IMG/VR virus record: IMGVR_UViG_3300017963_000334
Coordinates: 1-51,846 of that record
From: a virus
Lineage: Duplodnaviria; Caudoviricetes
Strand: one strand, 5' to 3'
DNA length: 51,846 bases
Positions 9,048 to 18,527 of this stretch are shown here, in pieces (positions within the stretch are counted from its first letter, which is position 1; each line of letters starts with the position of its first letter). The position numbers and the translations under genes are program-made. The notes beneath the pieces were generated by a model that was given only the letters and a program-made list of their open reading frames with translations, was not told the DNA's origin and searched no databases.

Positions 9048-10040
9048 CTAGCCGCCGAACCTCTCGTCGATTGCCCGCGCTGCGTCTTCCTCCGGTGACA
9101 ATTCGTTGTCAGTCACCTTTTCACCCTTAGAGCCACGCTGTACGTGCTGCCTCGCTCGCTTGCGCAACTCCGACTGAATTTGCTTACGCTCCAATTCGGC
9201 AAATTCTTTCGCCAGCACAACCTTCGCCGCCGCCTGAAACATCTCCTCACGAGGCGGCATCGGTCGACCAACTGCTTGATAGCCGGCAATCTGCACGGCC
9301 ATCTGCTCCGCAATGGCATCACGCATCGCCAATTGCGAACTTCCTGGAGCCAATGACCTATAGGTTCCCTGCCCCAGGGTATCCTGGAAGTCGGTACCGA
9401 GCGATTGCACCTGCCCGTCAAACCAAACTTCCACTTCACGCGCCGCTGCCTCCTGGGAGACTTGCGTGGTTTGTTCCTGTCCCGCCTTGAGTGCTCGCAA
9501 TTCCTCACGCTGCGCCTTAATCTGACCAGCCAGCGTCCCGAGCAATTCGACCACTTCCGGCTCGAACTCTTCAGTATTCAATGTATCGAAGACAGCCAGG
9601 GGGTCTTCTTCGTCCTCCTCAGTCTGCTTCCGGCTTTGCCGCTGCGACTGTTCGATTACTTCGCAAGCCCGACCTAGCGCTTGGTCCGACGGAAAAGCCC
9701 GCGCTTCAGCAAGTGAAAAACCAGCTCGCACAGCACGCTCCACCAGCACAGTCGATCGCTCAGGCGGCGCAGAAAGCGATTGGTCCTGCTGATCATCGTC
9801 CCGCTCGTCCCCCTCCTGTTGCTTATCATCTCCCGACTGGTCGTCCTCTTCCTGCTGGTCATCTTCCTGCTGATCGCCCTCTTCCTGCTGGTCATCCTCT
9901 TCCTGCTTATCGTCTTCCTGCTGATCGTTTTCCTGCTGATCATCTTCATCCAGAGTTTGCTCCTGTGCTGCGTGCATCTTTTCAGCAGCCTCCGTAGCAG
10001 CCTCATCTATTTCCGTCAGCAGATCCTTCTCAATTGCCAT
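9048..10040 (-). CDS. Scaffolding protein
   Basis: Very acidic, low-complexity N-terminus with coiled-coil-like segments; between portal and capsid; GGAGGTG RBS before MAIEKDL. Confidence 0.7.
   Translation of the reverse strand: MAIEKDLLTEIDEAATEAAEKMHAAQEQTLDEDDQQENDQQEDDKQEEDDQQEEGDQQEDDQQEEDDQSGDDKQQEGDERDDDQQDQSLSAPPERSTVLVERAVRAGFSLAEARAFPSDQALGRACEVIEQSQRQSRKQTEEDEEDPLAVFDTLNTEEFEPEVVELLGTLAGQIKAQREELRALKAGQEQTTQVSQEAAAREVEVWFDGQVQSLGTDFQDTLGQGTYRSLAPGSSQLAMRDAIAEQMAVQIAGYQAVGRPMPPREEMFQAAAKVVLAKEFAELERKQIQSELRKRARQHVQRGSKGEKVTDNELSPEEDAARAIDERFGG
9780..9952 (-). repeat. Degenerate 18-bp tandem repeat encoding (E)DDQQE units
   Basis: EDDQQE NDQQE DDKQEE DDQQEE GDQQEE DDQQEE DDQ in the scaffold protein. 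Confidence 0.8.
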
Positions 10041-10053
10041 TCTCTTCACCTCC

Positions 10054-10428
10054 TCAATCAAACGAATTCTTATCGTGCATTCCACGAAGCTTCAGAGCCT
10101 TGCGGCGATGCTCTGCACTAGTGTAAATAGGATCGCCGTCCTTCGTGACTTCTGTTGGGCAGCCCCGCTTGGCCAGATAATCTCGCAATTCCTGAGCCTG
10201 ATTTGCATTCACCCCAGATGCGAAACAGGGCTCCATCGGCCATTTGCCGTGTCCCTGCTTAACTGGAGTCTTCGATCCCTTCACGACTCCTCGTGGCACC
10301 CCTTCAGCTTGCCGGTCTCGGCGAGCCGTTTTGCCATGAACCCGAATCACTTCAGGAATTGTGTGGTGAAACGAATAATGGCGTTCAACCGTCTCCCCAT
10401 CATTGGTAGTGAAGCAATAAATCGGCAT
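10054..10428 (-). CDS. FmdB-like small protein (degenerate zinc ribbon)
   Basis: Starts MPIYCF..., resembling the MPxYxY N-terminus of FmdB-family proteins common in head modules. The canonical CxxC pairs are missing. Confidence 0.45.
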   Translation of the reverse strand: MPIYCFTTNDGETVERHYSFHHTIPEVIRVHGKTARRDRQAEGVPRGVVKGSKTPVKQGHGKWPMEPCFASGVNANQAQELRDYLAKRGCPTEVTKDGDPIYTSAEHRRKALKLRGMHDKNSFD

Positions 10429-10473
10429 AGCTTTCCTCACCCCCGTAGGTTACCCTCAATACCGTAAAATTCC

Positions 10474-10743
10474 TCAGAAGAGATCCCAGAGCCCCTTCTG
10501 GTACCAACTCTTCTTCCGACGAGGGGATTTAACCTCTTGCTGCGCCTCCCTTTGCGCCCTGATCCGCTCCTGAGCGATACGGAGCTTTTCCGCCTCCGAA
10601 GCGCCCTCCGGATACACCGGCTTCGCCGGCGGCTTCGGCTTCTTCTTCCCGGGTTTCTCAACAGGTTCCTTGGGGTTAAAATACTCGTCCCCACGTTTGG
10701 CCATTCTTTTCCAGCCCAATAACCGCGCAATCAGTTCATTCAT
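10474..10743 (-). CDS. Hypothetical basic protein
   Basis: 89 aa, ATGA-coupled to the portal stop. Confidence 0.6.
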   Translation of the reverse strand: MNELIARLLGWKRMAKRGDEYFNPKEPVEKPGKKKPKPPAKPVYPEGASEAEKLRIAQERIRAQREAQQEVKSPRRKKSWYQKGLWDLF

Positions 10744-12455
10744 GCTTCTTGTCCCATTTCCAAGAGTTGCGACATCATCTCGTCCGCCTGCGAGGTTGGC
10801 GCAGGCCGGCTTGTGTGTTCATACGTTCGCTTCGTCTCAGCAGGTTGGCCGGCGGCCTGCTGTCCAGTGGGGGGCTGGGGTTCGTTGGCGAAGACTATAA
10901 TATCCTGCAATTCATCGAAGTCCGTCAGTTTTGCTACGAGCTTCAAAAGTGATTGCACATCCAGCTCTCCACCTTGCCGTTGAATTTCGGGCATAAGTGG
11001 TATGATATAAGTGCTCATGATATACCCGAGTCGCTGAAGCTTGAGAGTCGGAGAATTGTCGAGTAGACTGAATACATCAATATCCAGTTGATACTCATCG
11101 AAATCCCCCTGGCGGGAATTACGATTCCACAACACCGGAATTGATTGCCCAGGCATGCCGGGCAATGGTTTCTCCAGTAGGCGTTCCCCAACCGGATCGT
11201 GCCATTCGTACCAAGCCAGAGCACGAAATACCTCGCGTACTTGGCTAATCGTCACCGTCTGCATGTCACGGAGTTGAGCGCTCGCTGCTTCACTCAGTAG
11301 CCGATCCTGGCCGAGCGTTTCCGTCTGGGGGGCTAAGCCGCCAAGCGCGTCGAGATTACCGCCGAAGTAGGACGCGAGATCACGACACTGCATGAAGTAG
11401 GCAAGCGTCTGCGGATCAATGCCTCCCGCCGCAAGCACCTTGGGCTCCGAACCCGTATACTTGATCCCTTCGCCGTCTTTCGCCCGCTTGAAATTCATCA
11501 CCGAATCGTCATTACCGCCCTGGAAGCCAAGCACTCGCTTCTGGTCGTCGGCCTGGCAAGCAAGCTTCCTGAATAGCGCATTGGCCAATTCATGCAGATC
11601 GCGCCACACCGACACGGGCGACAGCGGCAGGAGATTACCAGGTACGTCCGAGAACCCCAGGACGTAATAAGGGCTGTGTTGAGGTCCCTCCCACTCTATG
11701 TCGTTCAGGAGCTTCTTCGCCTTGACGGCATAAGTCACCAGGCGACGTTCCTTGGGCAGCCAAACATCACGAACTAAGAGGCGTCGTTTAAACGACTCAA
11801 CTCCACCCCCTCCTGCACTAATTCCTTCAGCGCGCTCTTGGCCGTTGGGCCCAATAGTCGTCTCCGCGCCGTCATCCAACTCTTTCAATTCTTGCTTCGA
11901 GACCCATCCGAGATCCCTCAGTTCCTCATGCGTCAGCAAGTAATCGTGCCCCTCGTATTGCACCTGAGCGTGATTCTTAGCGGACATATCCAGGAAGTAA
12001 TCATCACTCGTAACAACTTCGACGAAAGGCTGACCATAGGGGATACCCATTACTTCGCTAACTGCCACCAGGCCAACGCGAAGAATGCCCATCGAAAACA
12101 AGGCTTCACCAACCCAACGGCGCAGTGTATTCTCCAAGTCAATTTCGGCAGGAATATCATTGACTGCCAATTCCAGATTGGCCGCCGTCGCCTTGAGCTG
12201 CGGATTACGAGTACCAATCAAAGCCCGTGGAGCACGAGCCGCCAGGGATCGCACATAAATCTGATGCGCCAATTTTAGGAGATTGACCGGCATCGTCTCA
12301 TCCGATCCGTAATCACTGTAGTGATTTCCAAGGAACTGCTTAATTGCATCCACTCGGTTCTGGCGTGGAGTGGTCAATTGCTTAATCGACCAGACTACTG
12401 ATTTATCAAGGTTCTCGAATTCCCGTTTTGTCAGACGCTTACTCACTTCCGCCAT
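10740..12455 (-). CDS. Portal protein
   Basis: ~570 aa directly after the terminase; P22/T7-like size; QTETLGQDRLL and a Q/P-rich C-terminus. Start approximate. Confidence 0.8.
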   Translation of the reverse strand: MAEVSKRLTKREFENLDKSVVWSIKQLTTPRQNRVDAIKQFLGNHYSDYGSDETMPVNLLKLAHQIYVRSLAARAPRALIGTRNPQLKATAANLELAVNDIPAEIDLENTLRRWVGEALFSMGILRVGLVAVSEVMGIPYGQPFVEVVTSDDYFLDMSAKNHAQVQYEGHDYLLTHEELRDLGWVSKQELKELDDGAETTIGPNGQERAEGISAGGGGVESFKRRLLVRDVWLPKERRLVTYAVKAKKLLNDIEWEGPQHSPYYVLGFSDVPGNLLPLSPVSVWRDLHELANALFRKLACQADDQKRVLGFQGGNDDSVMNFKRAKDGEGIKYTGSEPKVLAAGGIDPQTLAYFMQCRDLASYFGGNLDALGGLAPQTETLGQDRLLSEAASAQLRDMQTVTISQVREVFRALAWYEWHDPVGERLLEKPLPGMPGQSIPVLWNRNSRQGDFDEYQLDIDVFSLLDNSPTLKLQRLGYIMSTYIIPLMPEIQRQGGELDVQSLLKLVAKLTDFDELQDIIVFANEPQPPTGQQAAGQPAETKRTYEHTSRPAPTSQADEMMSQLLEMGQEA

Positions 12456-14323
12456 CCCCCGGTTAGTTGTCGTGATTCTTTTCGATTCTGTTCCTCGCGC
12501 ATTTTCCGTCGCCAAGCAAGACTGCCGATAGGCGCCTCCGGTGCTTCGGCCTTCTTGGGCACTTGCCCGATTCCGTGCATCGCCTTCCAGGCCAACGCAT
12601 CTGCCATCACGCGGTCACCGTGATTTGAGCTAGCACCGGATGGATCTTCTTTCTTCTCCGCCTTGGCGTGACCGACACCACCATTCGGCAAATGAACATA
12701 CTCAAGCGTTTCCTCTAAGGCACATCGCGAGTAATTCGCCAGCCGGCGACCCTCAATCGCCGCGCGATACTCGCCAAGCAAGACGCGCTTACTGTCTTTC
12801 GTTGGAGCCCAACCTGGAATATCAGAAACTCTTTTTCTAATTGACTGGTCATTAGCTCGCATATAAATATGTGTATAACCCAATTCGAGAATTCTTGGAC
12901 CGAACTGCTGTCCAGGGCCATTCATTTCCCAAATCATAAAGGGCTGATAATGAGTCGCCTTTTTGAGCCATTTCGCAATCGCAACCGCCAGGACAGCAAA
13001 CGCTTCCGGACGCATATACGGCGTGGCAACTTCCAACACCTTGGTATGCGTCAGGGCGTCGTAGGCAACAATGCAAGAATTCGAGGCACCCGTACCGGCG
13101 GACACATCCACACCAATGATCATTCGATGCGACCCCAGGATCGGATTACCGTCGCCGTCTAGTGCGGTCCAAAGGAAGGTGTAGCCCCGGGGATCTTTGC
13201 GAAATCGAATCGGGTCCGCCGCGATCTCGTCAAATTCCAGATCGCCGATTATGTCCGGCGGGCGGGCAAACTCCGCCATAGCCAAGTCGACCAGCTCAGC
13301 ATTGAACCATTGGCCGCCGGACCCGCCGTAGTCAATGTCCATCTCCTTGGCAATTTCGCGAGCCGAATTGGATCTATCGCATTCGTTGGCGTACCACGGC
13401 GACCGCTTCTTACCATCGGGCAGAGGCACGTTCTTCGCATGAATCAGAGCATCAAGCCGCATCATCTCCGCTACGGCGTCGTCGAACTGGGCCCAATATT
13501 CTTCGTCCAGCGGTACGAAGGCATTATTGTTACGAGTGTAAAGACCCTTCTTGCCCCTCGGGTGGCGCGTCCAATGAAGCGTCAGCTTCTTAATGTTCGT
13601 CTGACGCATCGTATGAAAGGCATTCGCCGTGCCATTGGGAGTCGAATTGAACAGGCGGCAGTTCGTCACCGGCCTGGTCGATTCGCAGATATGCGACCCG
13701 AACGCCTCGACCATGGCGAACTCGTCAAGCAGGATCGCCGTACGTCGGTCGCCACGCCCGAAATCCTTTGTCGTCGTCTCTCCGTCAATGACGCTGTGAT
13801 TCTCGGGATTCTCCAAGTGGCGTTTCGTACGGTGGTCGTGAGCGTTGAAGCCGGCGGGACGCAGCGACGGCGGAAGATTGTTATGCAGGAAATCGAGCCG
13901 CCAGAAGATCGCCTTCGGGTTCCCCGTCGAATCCACAAGCTCGTCGACGCGGGAACCGACGAGGAAGGATTGCATCGGCCTGAACAGCCAACGATAGAAG
14001 AAGGCGCCGATGCAGATCCACGACGCCCCCATGTCTCGCGATTTCTCAATCAGCAAATCGTGATGATTGATTGCCGCCAGAATCTCCAGAAGCGCCTCTT
14101 CCTGGAAATCGTAGAGAATGAATGGAACCTTATGGATCGGCTCCAGACGTGGATCGTACGTCCAGCAAAAAGCATTAAAGAAGAAGATCGGATCAAGAGC
14201 ACACGCCTGTTTGATCGCCGTCGCAAAAGACGGATCATCCCCCATGCGCTGATAGACTTTACGACGCCATTTCAGATTCGCAATGCGATCCCTGGGAACA
14301 TGATGCTCAAACGGAGTCTGCAC
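12443..14323 (-). CDS. terL: Terminase large subunit
   Basis: LYDFQE, Walker A-like IEKSRDMGASW, Walker B ILLDEFA, coupling motif STPNG, RNase H-like IGVDVSAG, C-terminal HGDRVMADALA. Confidence 0.95.
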   Translation of the reverse strand: MQTPFEHHVPRDRIANLKWRRKVYQRMGDDPSFATAIKQACALDPIFFFNAFCWTYDPRLEPIHKVPFILYDFQEEALLEILAAINHHDLLIEKSRDMGASWICIGAFFYRWLFRPMQSFLVGSRVDELVDSTGNPKAIFWRLDFLHNNLPPSLRPAGFNAHDHRTKRHLENPENHSVIDGETTTKDFGRGDRRTAILLDEFAMVEAFGSHICESTRPVTNCRLFNSTPNGTANAFHTMRQTNIKKLTLHWTRHPRGKKGLYTRNNNAFVPLDEEYWAQFDDAVAEMMRLDALIHAKNVPLPDGKKRSPWYANECDRSNSAREIAKEMDIDYGGSGGQWFNAELVDLAMAEFARPPDIIGDLEFDEIAADPIRFRKDPRGYTFLWTALDGDGNPILGSHRMIIGVDVSAGTGASNSCIVAYDALTHTKVLEVATPYMRPEAFAVLAVAIAKWLKKATHYQPFMIWEMNGPGQQFGPRILELGYTHIYMRANDQSIRKRVSDIPGWAPTKDSKRVLLGEYRAAIEGRRLANYSRCALEETLEYVHLPNGGVGHAKAEKKEDPSGASSNHGDRVMADALAWKAMHGIGQVPKKAEAPEAPIGSLAWRRKMREEQNRKESRQLTGGWRK

Positions 14324-14888
14324 TTTCCTCTCCGAACGCCTCTAACATCATGTCGATTTCGTCAATCGACCTTTTCACTTCCTTCTCATCGCCGGAGTCT
14401 ACTTTCGCTTTTAGCTCTAGCTGATTCACCTTACCTAGGAAATCTTTCGGCTCCTCGATCGCACGCCGGTAAAGATAGAACGCCGTGTCATTCGGGCACG
14501 TACTCGGCGCCTCCCCCGTACGAATGAACCTACCGGCCGCCTCCGTTGCCCAGGCAAGGCTCTCGCGATACGACAAATCCTTTTGCTCGTTGACGACTCC
14601 CTCCGCGTCCTGGGCACGCTTGTCGCGATGACGCCGTATAAACAGCTCTACATCTTCGTGCGACCCAGGCTCAGGGTCGTACGAAGTTACGTCGTGCCGT
14701 CCAAAGAGGCGGAGGCAGGCCGGCTGTTCCTTCGCGGCCTGCACCTGAGCTTGCGCCTTTGTGTATCCCTTCTCCTTTCGTAGTTCCTTAATCCGTTCGT
14801 CCCAGGCATAGTATTCCGTGTGATCCTTGCTCAGGGGCCACAGGGTCTTCCGGGCTTCCTTGGCGAATTGCTCAATAGCAGTCATCAT
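14307..14888 (-). CDS. Putative terminase small subunit
   Basis: Helical ~193 aa ORF overlapping the terL start. Positional call only. Confidence 0.5.
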   Translation of the reverse strand: MMTAIEQFAKEARKTLWPLSKDHTEYYAWDERIKELRKEKGYTKAQAQVQAAKEQPACLRLFGRHDVTSYDPEPGSHEDVELFIRRHRDKRAQDAEGVVNEQKDLSYRESLAWATEAAGRFIRTGEAPSTCPNDTAFYLYRRAIEEPKDFLGKVNQLELKAKVDSGDEKEVKRSIDEIDMMLEAFGEESADSV

Positions 14889-15075
14889 CGTTATCCCAGT
14901 CGTCGTCGCCCCAGGCTTCTTCCTCCTCGTAAGCATCACAGTCATCGAGGCAATCGTTACACCAATACCCATCACCACAATCTGAGCAAAAGACTGCGCC
15001 GCATAAGCATGTTTTGACGCCTTCCTCCGTAGACAGGCGATCGCACAAGTCGCACTCCACATCAGGAATCAACAT
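14872..15075 (-). CDS. Small Cys-rich protein with acidic tail
   Basis: CDLC..CLC..CSDC..CNDC then EEEEAWGDDDWDNDDD; GAGGGAG RBS. Confidence 0.65.
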   Translation of the reverse strand: MLIPDVECDLCDRLSTEEGVKTCLCGAVFCSDCGDGYWCNDCLDDCDAYEEEEAWGDDDWDNDDDCY

Positions 15076-15508
15076 TGGTCTCTCCCTCGTGGGCTGCCTC
15101 AACTTCTACTTGGAGAATTGCGCACTTGCACAAAATGTTTGATTCAGCGTCTTCCCGAAACGCCTCATTCAACACCTGAATGAATTCTTGCTTGCCAGCC
15201 TCGAAGCCGCTCCCATAAGCCTCTTGGTATGCTTGGCGCGATTGAAGATACTCTTTTTGAAGCTGCTCACATCGGACTCTGTAGCCGCTATTGAACGCCT
15301 CAATAAGCTCTCGCTCCCACTTATTGAATGGCACCTGGAGAAGCCACCACCAAACGTTGTGCATGTAGCGAGCAATCCAATGGATGCCGATCGGATAGCA
15401 CACGTCTCTTTGCTTGCAAGCGTCATACCACGTAGGGACGTACCCAAACGGATACTCTTCATACAACCCAACGTAACGCCGCAGTTGAAACCACTTTCTC
15501 TTCTTCAT
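15062..15508 (-). CDS. Hypothetical protein
   Basis: 148 aa ORF with RBS, in operon order. Confidence 0.6.
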   Translation of the reverse strand: MKKRKWFQLRRYVGLYEEYPFGYVPTWYDACKQRDVCYPIGIHWIARYMHNVWWWLLQVPFNKWERELIEAFNSGYRVRCEQLQKEYLQSRQAYQEAYGSGFEAGKQEFIQVLNEAFREDAESNILCKCAILQVEVEAAHEGETNVDS

Positions 15509-15519
15509 CTCTTCCCACT

Positions 15520-15618
15520 TCAGTCGTTAAGGAATGCGTTTTCAAAAATGAGCAATCCCAGCACGCCCAGGAACGCAAGTAATGGAGAAATGCAAATCAA
15601 AGCTGTTACGAACGTCAT
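15520..15618 (-). CDS. 32-aa single-TM peptide (not in ORF track)
   Basis: AAGGAG RBS; MTFVTALICISPLLAFLGVLGLLIFENAFLND. Confidence 0.5.
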   Translation of the reverse strand: MTFVTALICISPLLAFLGVLGLLIFENAFLND

Positions 15619-15629
15619 CTCTTCTCCTT

Positions 15630-15716
15630 TTACTTCTGCATCAGGTGGCAAATCGTGAGCATTTGATACCAGATCATGAACAACAGGATATTCTCGCTCA
15701 ACTGGAGCGCTTCCAT
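15630..15716 (-). CDS. 28-aa hydrophobic peptide (not in ORF track)
   Basis: GGAGGG RBS; MEALQLSENILLFMIWYQMLTICHLMQK; fills the gap between neighbours. Confidence 0.35.
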   Translation of the reverse strand: MEALQLSENILLFMIWYQMLTICHLMQK

Positions 15717-15717
15717 C

Positions 15718-16119
15718 TCACCCTCCCAAGATTGCAAGCAAGAGATCCTTGACCTGATCAGAGTATGCGCCGCCACCAAGTAGCGCAACCAGACCAAGCG
15801 CAACAACGTACAACCATTTGTTCTTGAGCAACTTCTTCACGGAATCAGGCACAACGAATCCCCCTTTGACTGAAGAAACAAACCGAACAAGTCGAAGATA
15901 CTTGCGGCTCAACAGAAACGCAGGACATTCCCAAACAGGCGTAACTAAGTCATGTTTCACGCAGACAGCGTACACGTCCCGTGCAATGGCGCAGTTCTCC
16001 TCGGAACCGGCAACGAAACGAGCACACAGGTTGCACAGGCAGTAATCCCAGTGCTTCCCCTTGAGATCCGCCCGAACCTTGACGTGCCGTCCATGGTGCT
16101 TGTAGGACGTGATTCGCAT
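15718..16119 (-). CDS. Cys-rich protein fused in frame to a C-terminal TM peptide
   Basis: GAGGGG RBS before MRITSY; CLCNLC...C...C...WECP; internal AAAGGGGG-7nt-GTG at 15852 before a TM segment. Confidence 0.6.
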   Translation of the reverse strand: MRITSYKHHGRHVKVRADLKGKHWDYCLCNLCARFVAGSEENCAIARDVYAVCVKHDLVTPVWECPAFLLSRKYLRLVRFVSSVKGGFVVPDSVKKLLKNKWLYVVALGLVALLGGGAYSDQVKDLLLAILGG

Positions 16120-16321
16120 GGGCCCCTCGAACGCGATAGCCGCCAGATTCGAGGGTAACCACGGCAACCGTAGAAAGAGGAAATGAGAAGTGGCGTGTCG
16201 AGGGAGGGGGGCTAAGTGGTATGGAGAGGAAGCGCGGCCGGGTTCCGGTTTTAAGGATTCTGAGGGTTTGGGGCCCCCTGTGGCTCTCGCAATCCCTACA
16301 ATCCTTACCATTGCCCTGCCC

Positions 16322-16950
16322 TCGTGGCCAATGAGGACACGTCATTGGCCACGATTGGTTACACGGGTATGGGATGGGGTAGGGAGGGAATGAAAATTGT
16401 ACTAGTGTACTAGTACACTCATGCGCGCTACATAACCGAGCGCTTTGTAACGGAGTTAAGCCCCACCCCGCCCACTCGCCCACTCACCCGACACTCGGCC
16501 GATCGGCCGAACAGCCGTTTATACGCAACTACCTACCATGAGGGGGCACACTGTACGCTTGACCATTTCCTCCCACCCATCAGTGTGGAATACCCCCTCT
16601 AATGACCTGTCCCATTGGTGTCCCGCCCCGAGATGTGACACATCTAACCCCTTATTACCCCTTACTACCAAATGAGTTAGAAACGAAAAAAAGATGTATG
16701 TGTCCTGGTGTCGCGCACCCTTTATATAAAAAGGCGGAAAGTAGCCATTGGAGGGGGAAGATAAAAGGGGGTTGGGACACAGGGACACATACACACACAC
16801 ACAACACATACACACATACTAACTACTTATATACTCTCTACTTACGCTGTGCGGGGGGGCTTATGCCACCTGTCACACTTCCTACTGTGACACCCCCGGG
16901 ACACTTGTGACGGGTGCCCTAGCACCCCCTTACTACCTTTGTGCCACACT
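16322..16950. promoter_or_regulatory. Non-coding divergent control region; candidate replication origin / packaging region
   Basis: No credible ORF; several perfect palindromes; opposed GTGTCC / GGGACAC motifs around tttatataaa; CA-rich tract at ~16786-16818. Confidence 0.6.
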
Positions 16951-16970
16951 ACCCACCCAAAGGATGAATC

Positions 16971-17276
16971 ATGCTTGATGCCACTCCAGAGAGGGACAAC
17001 CACACCCCTTGCCTTACCCCAGGGTGCAACAAGCCCCACCGGACGCGGGGGCTATGCTCGCAATGCTATGCCGATGCTTCTGCTATGATCCGCCGCGGGG
17101 AAATGACTTGGGGCAAGCTAATTGACCTTGGCTTGGCTCTGGCGTCCAACCGGGAACACTCAAGCCGTCGGCTGTTCAGAGAGGCAGTCAAGGCTCGAAT
17201 GAAAGGGCAGACTCCGCCAATTGGGCCGCAAGGCATGTCTGACATGTCTCGCCCTGAGGCTTCTAGCTCCAATTAA
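16971..17276 (+). CDS. Zinc-finger protein (C-x4-C-x6-RGLC-x2-CY), putative regulator
   Basis: CLTPGCNKPHRTRGLCSQCY...GEMTWGKLIDLGLA; AAGGA RBS; followed by a terminator. Confidence 0.7.
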   Translation: MLDATPERDNHTPCLTPGCNKPHRTRGLCSQCYADASAMIRRGEMTWGKLIDLGLALASNREHSSRRLFREAVKARMKGQTPPIGPQGMSDMSRPEASSSN

Positions 17277-17306
17277 CGGTAACCGATACGCATAGTGTTT
17301 CCCTTG

Positions 17307-17338
17307 CGCCTCTATCCATCGGGATAGGGGCGTTTTTT
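17307..17338 (+). terminator. Rho-independent terminator
   Basis: cgcctctatcc-atcg-ggataggggcg followed by T6. Confidence 0.85.
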
Positions 17339-17380
17339 CATGCGCTCAGCAGAATCGGCATAACCAAAACATTCGGAAAG

Positions 17381-17425
17381 TTTTCGTTTTTTTGTTTGAC
17401 TCGCTCGTTCTATGGGGCAAACTTC
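17381..17425 (+). promoter_or_regulatory. Candidate sigma70-type early promoter
   Basis: T-rich UP-like tract, TTGACT at 17396, weak -10 (caaact) 16 nt later, upstream of the early genes. Confidence 0.4.
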
Positions 17426-17464
17426 AATCAGGCAACGGATGGTTTCAACTCAGGAGTTAAAATC

Positions 17465-17677
17465 ATGGCGAGTGCGAAAACCGCTACAATTGAATATGAC
17501 CACGCTGAAAAGTGTTGGTGGGTAGGTATCGCTTGCCCAGAGTGCGGGGAATATCACGAGTTACTAGCGCAAACAGCGTATCAAGCTGACGAGTTAGCCT
17601 ATCTGTTTGAGCGTGCTCCCTACTGTTTGGAGTGTACGGACGGGCCGAATGAGGACATTGAGTCAGAAGCAGCCTAG
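17465..17677 (+). CDS. Small acidic CxxC protein
   Basis: AGGAG RBS; CPEC and CLEC. Confidence 0.7.
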   Translation: MASAKTATIEYDHAEKCWWVGIACPECGEYHELLAQTAYQADELAYLFERAPYCLECTDGPNEDIESEAA

Positions 17678-17687
17678 GAGTGTACCT

Positions 17688-17924
17688 ATGGGAATCGAGT
17701 ATTGCGATAACGGTCAGTTTGTCTACGCACCCCTTTGGTGGCATAGGCAAGGATTGTCCCAAACTGCTAGTGGATACGGAGCGCAATTGACTACTCCCTG
17801 GAAGACGGAATACCAGGGGAAATTGTATCGCGTTTATCAAACGTGTTACAGCAATGCAGCTAGCTCATGGATCGTTGTTCGCGGTCAGAGGCTTCACCTT
17901 AGTAACACCACCCTGCCGGAGTAA
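17688..17924 (+). CDS. Early hypothetical protein
   Basis: AGGAG RBS; TASGYG...YRVYQTCYSN, a motif I recall from phage early genes. Confidence 0.7.
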   Translation: MGIEYCDNGQFVYAPLWWHRQGLSQTASGYGAQLTTPWKTEYQGKLYRVYQTCYSNAASSWIVVRGQRLHLSNTTLPE

Positions 17925-17928
17925 AACC

Positions 17929-18456
17929 ATGTCCCAATGTGAAGAGACTACTACCCCCAGAATCTACATTGCCTGCTTGGCATCCTACAACCGCAGTATT
18001 TTGCACGGTCGTTGGATTGACGCAATCGATGCCGATGATATCAGGGCGGAAATCGCTGCAATGCTGGCTGAATCCCCCGTACCCGGCGCCGAGGAGTGGG
18101 CTATCCATGACTACGAAGGATTCGGTAGCCTTCAGGTGAGCGAATTCGAGGATCTAGAGCAAGTCGCCGAAATTGGCCGTTTGATCGATGAATACGGCCA
18201 AGCTTTCGCAGCCTATGCCGCTCACGTAGGTATTGACTTCGCAACGGAAGTAGGTTTCCAGGAAGCCTACCGCGGCGAGTGGGGGAGCGAAGAGGAGTAC
18301 GGCGAAGAGATATTTGATGAGTGGTATGCCAACCAGATTCCGGAAAACATTCGGTGCTATATCGACTACGAAGCTTACGCTCACGACTTGTTCATGAACG
18401 ATTGCTATAGCATCGAAAATCCCGATGGAGGCGTATACGTGTTTATGAATCAGTAG
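17929..18456 (+). CDS. ardA: Antirestriction protein ArdA (type I RM DNA mimic)
   Basis: PRIYIACLASYN...LHGRWID, EEWAIHDYEGF, YIDYEAYAHDL...GGVYVF; highly acidic. Confidence 0.93.
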   Translation: MSQCEETTTPRIYIACLASYNRSILHGRWIDAIDADDIRAEIAAMLAESPVPGAEEWAIHDYEGFGSLQVSEFEDLEQVAEIGRLIDEYGQAFAAYAAHVGIDFATEVGFQEAYRGEWGSEEEYGEEIFDEWYANQIPENIRCYIDYEAYAHDLFMNDCYSIENPDGGVYVFMNQ

Positions 18457-18527
18457 CCAGACTTTCCCTCCCTCGGTTTTGAGGGGGGCTTAGCCTGCTT
18501 ACTGGTTTTATCAAAGGGGGGTAAATC

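Noticed and set aside
9780-10121. Very hydrophobic plus-strand ORF resembling a membrane protein
   Set aside because: It is the reverse complement of the acidic scaffold repeat.
13310-14527. 405-aa plus-strand ORF
   Set aside because: Antisense shadow of the terminase genes.
16519-17039. Short ORFs in the divergence region
   Set aside because: They translate the CA tract and motif repeats and lack convincing RBSs; the region reads as non-coding.
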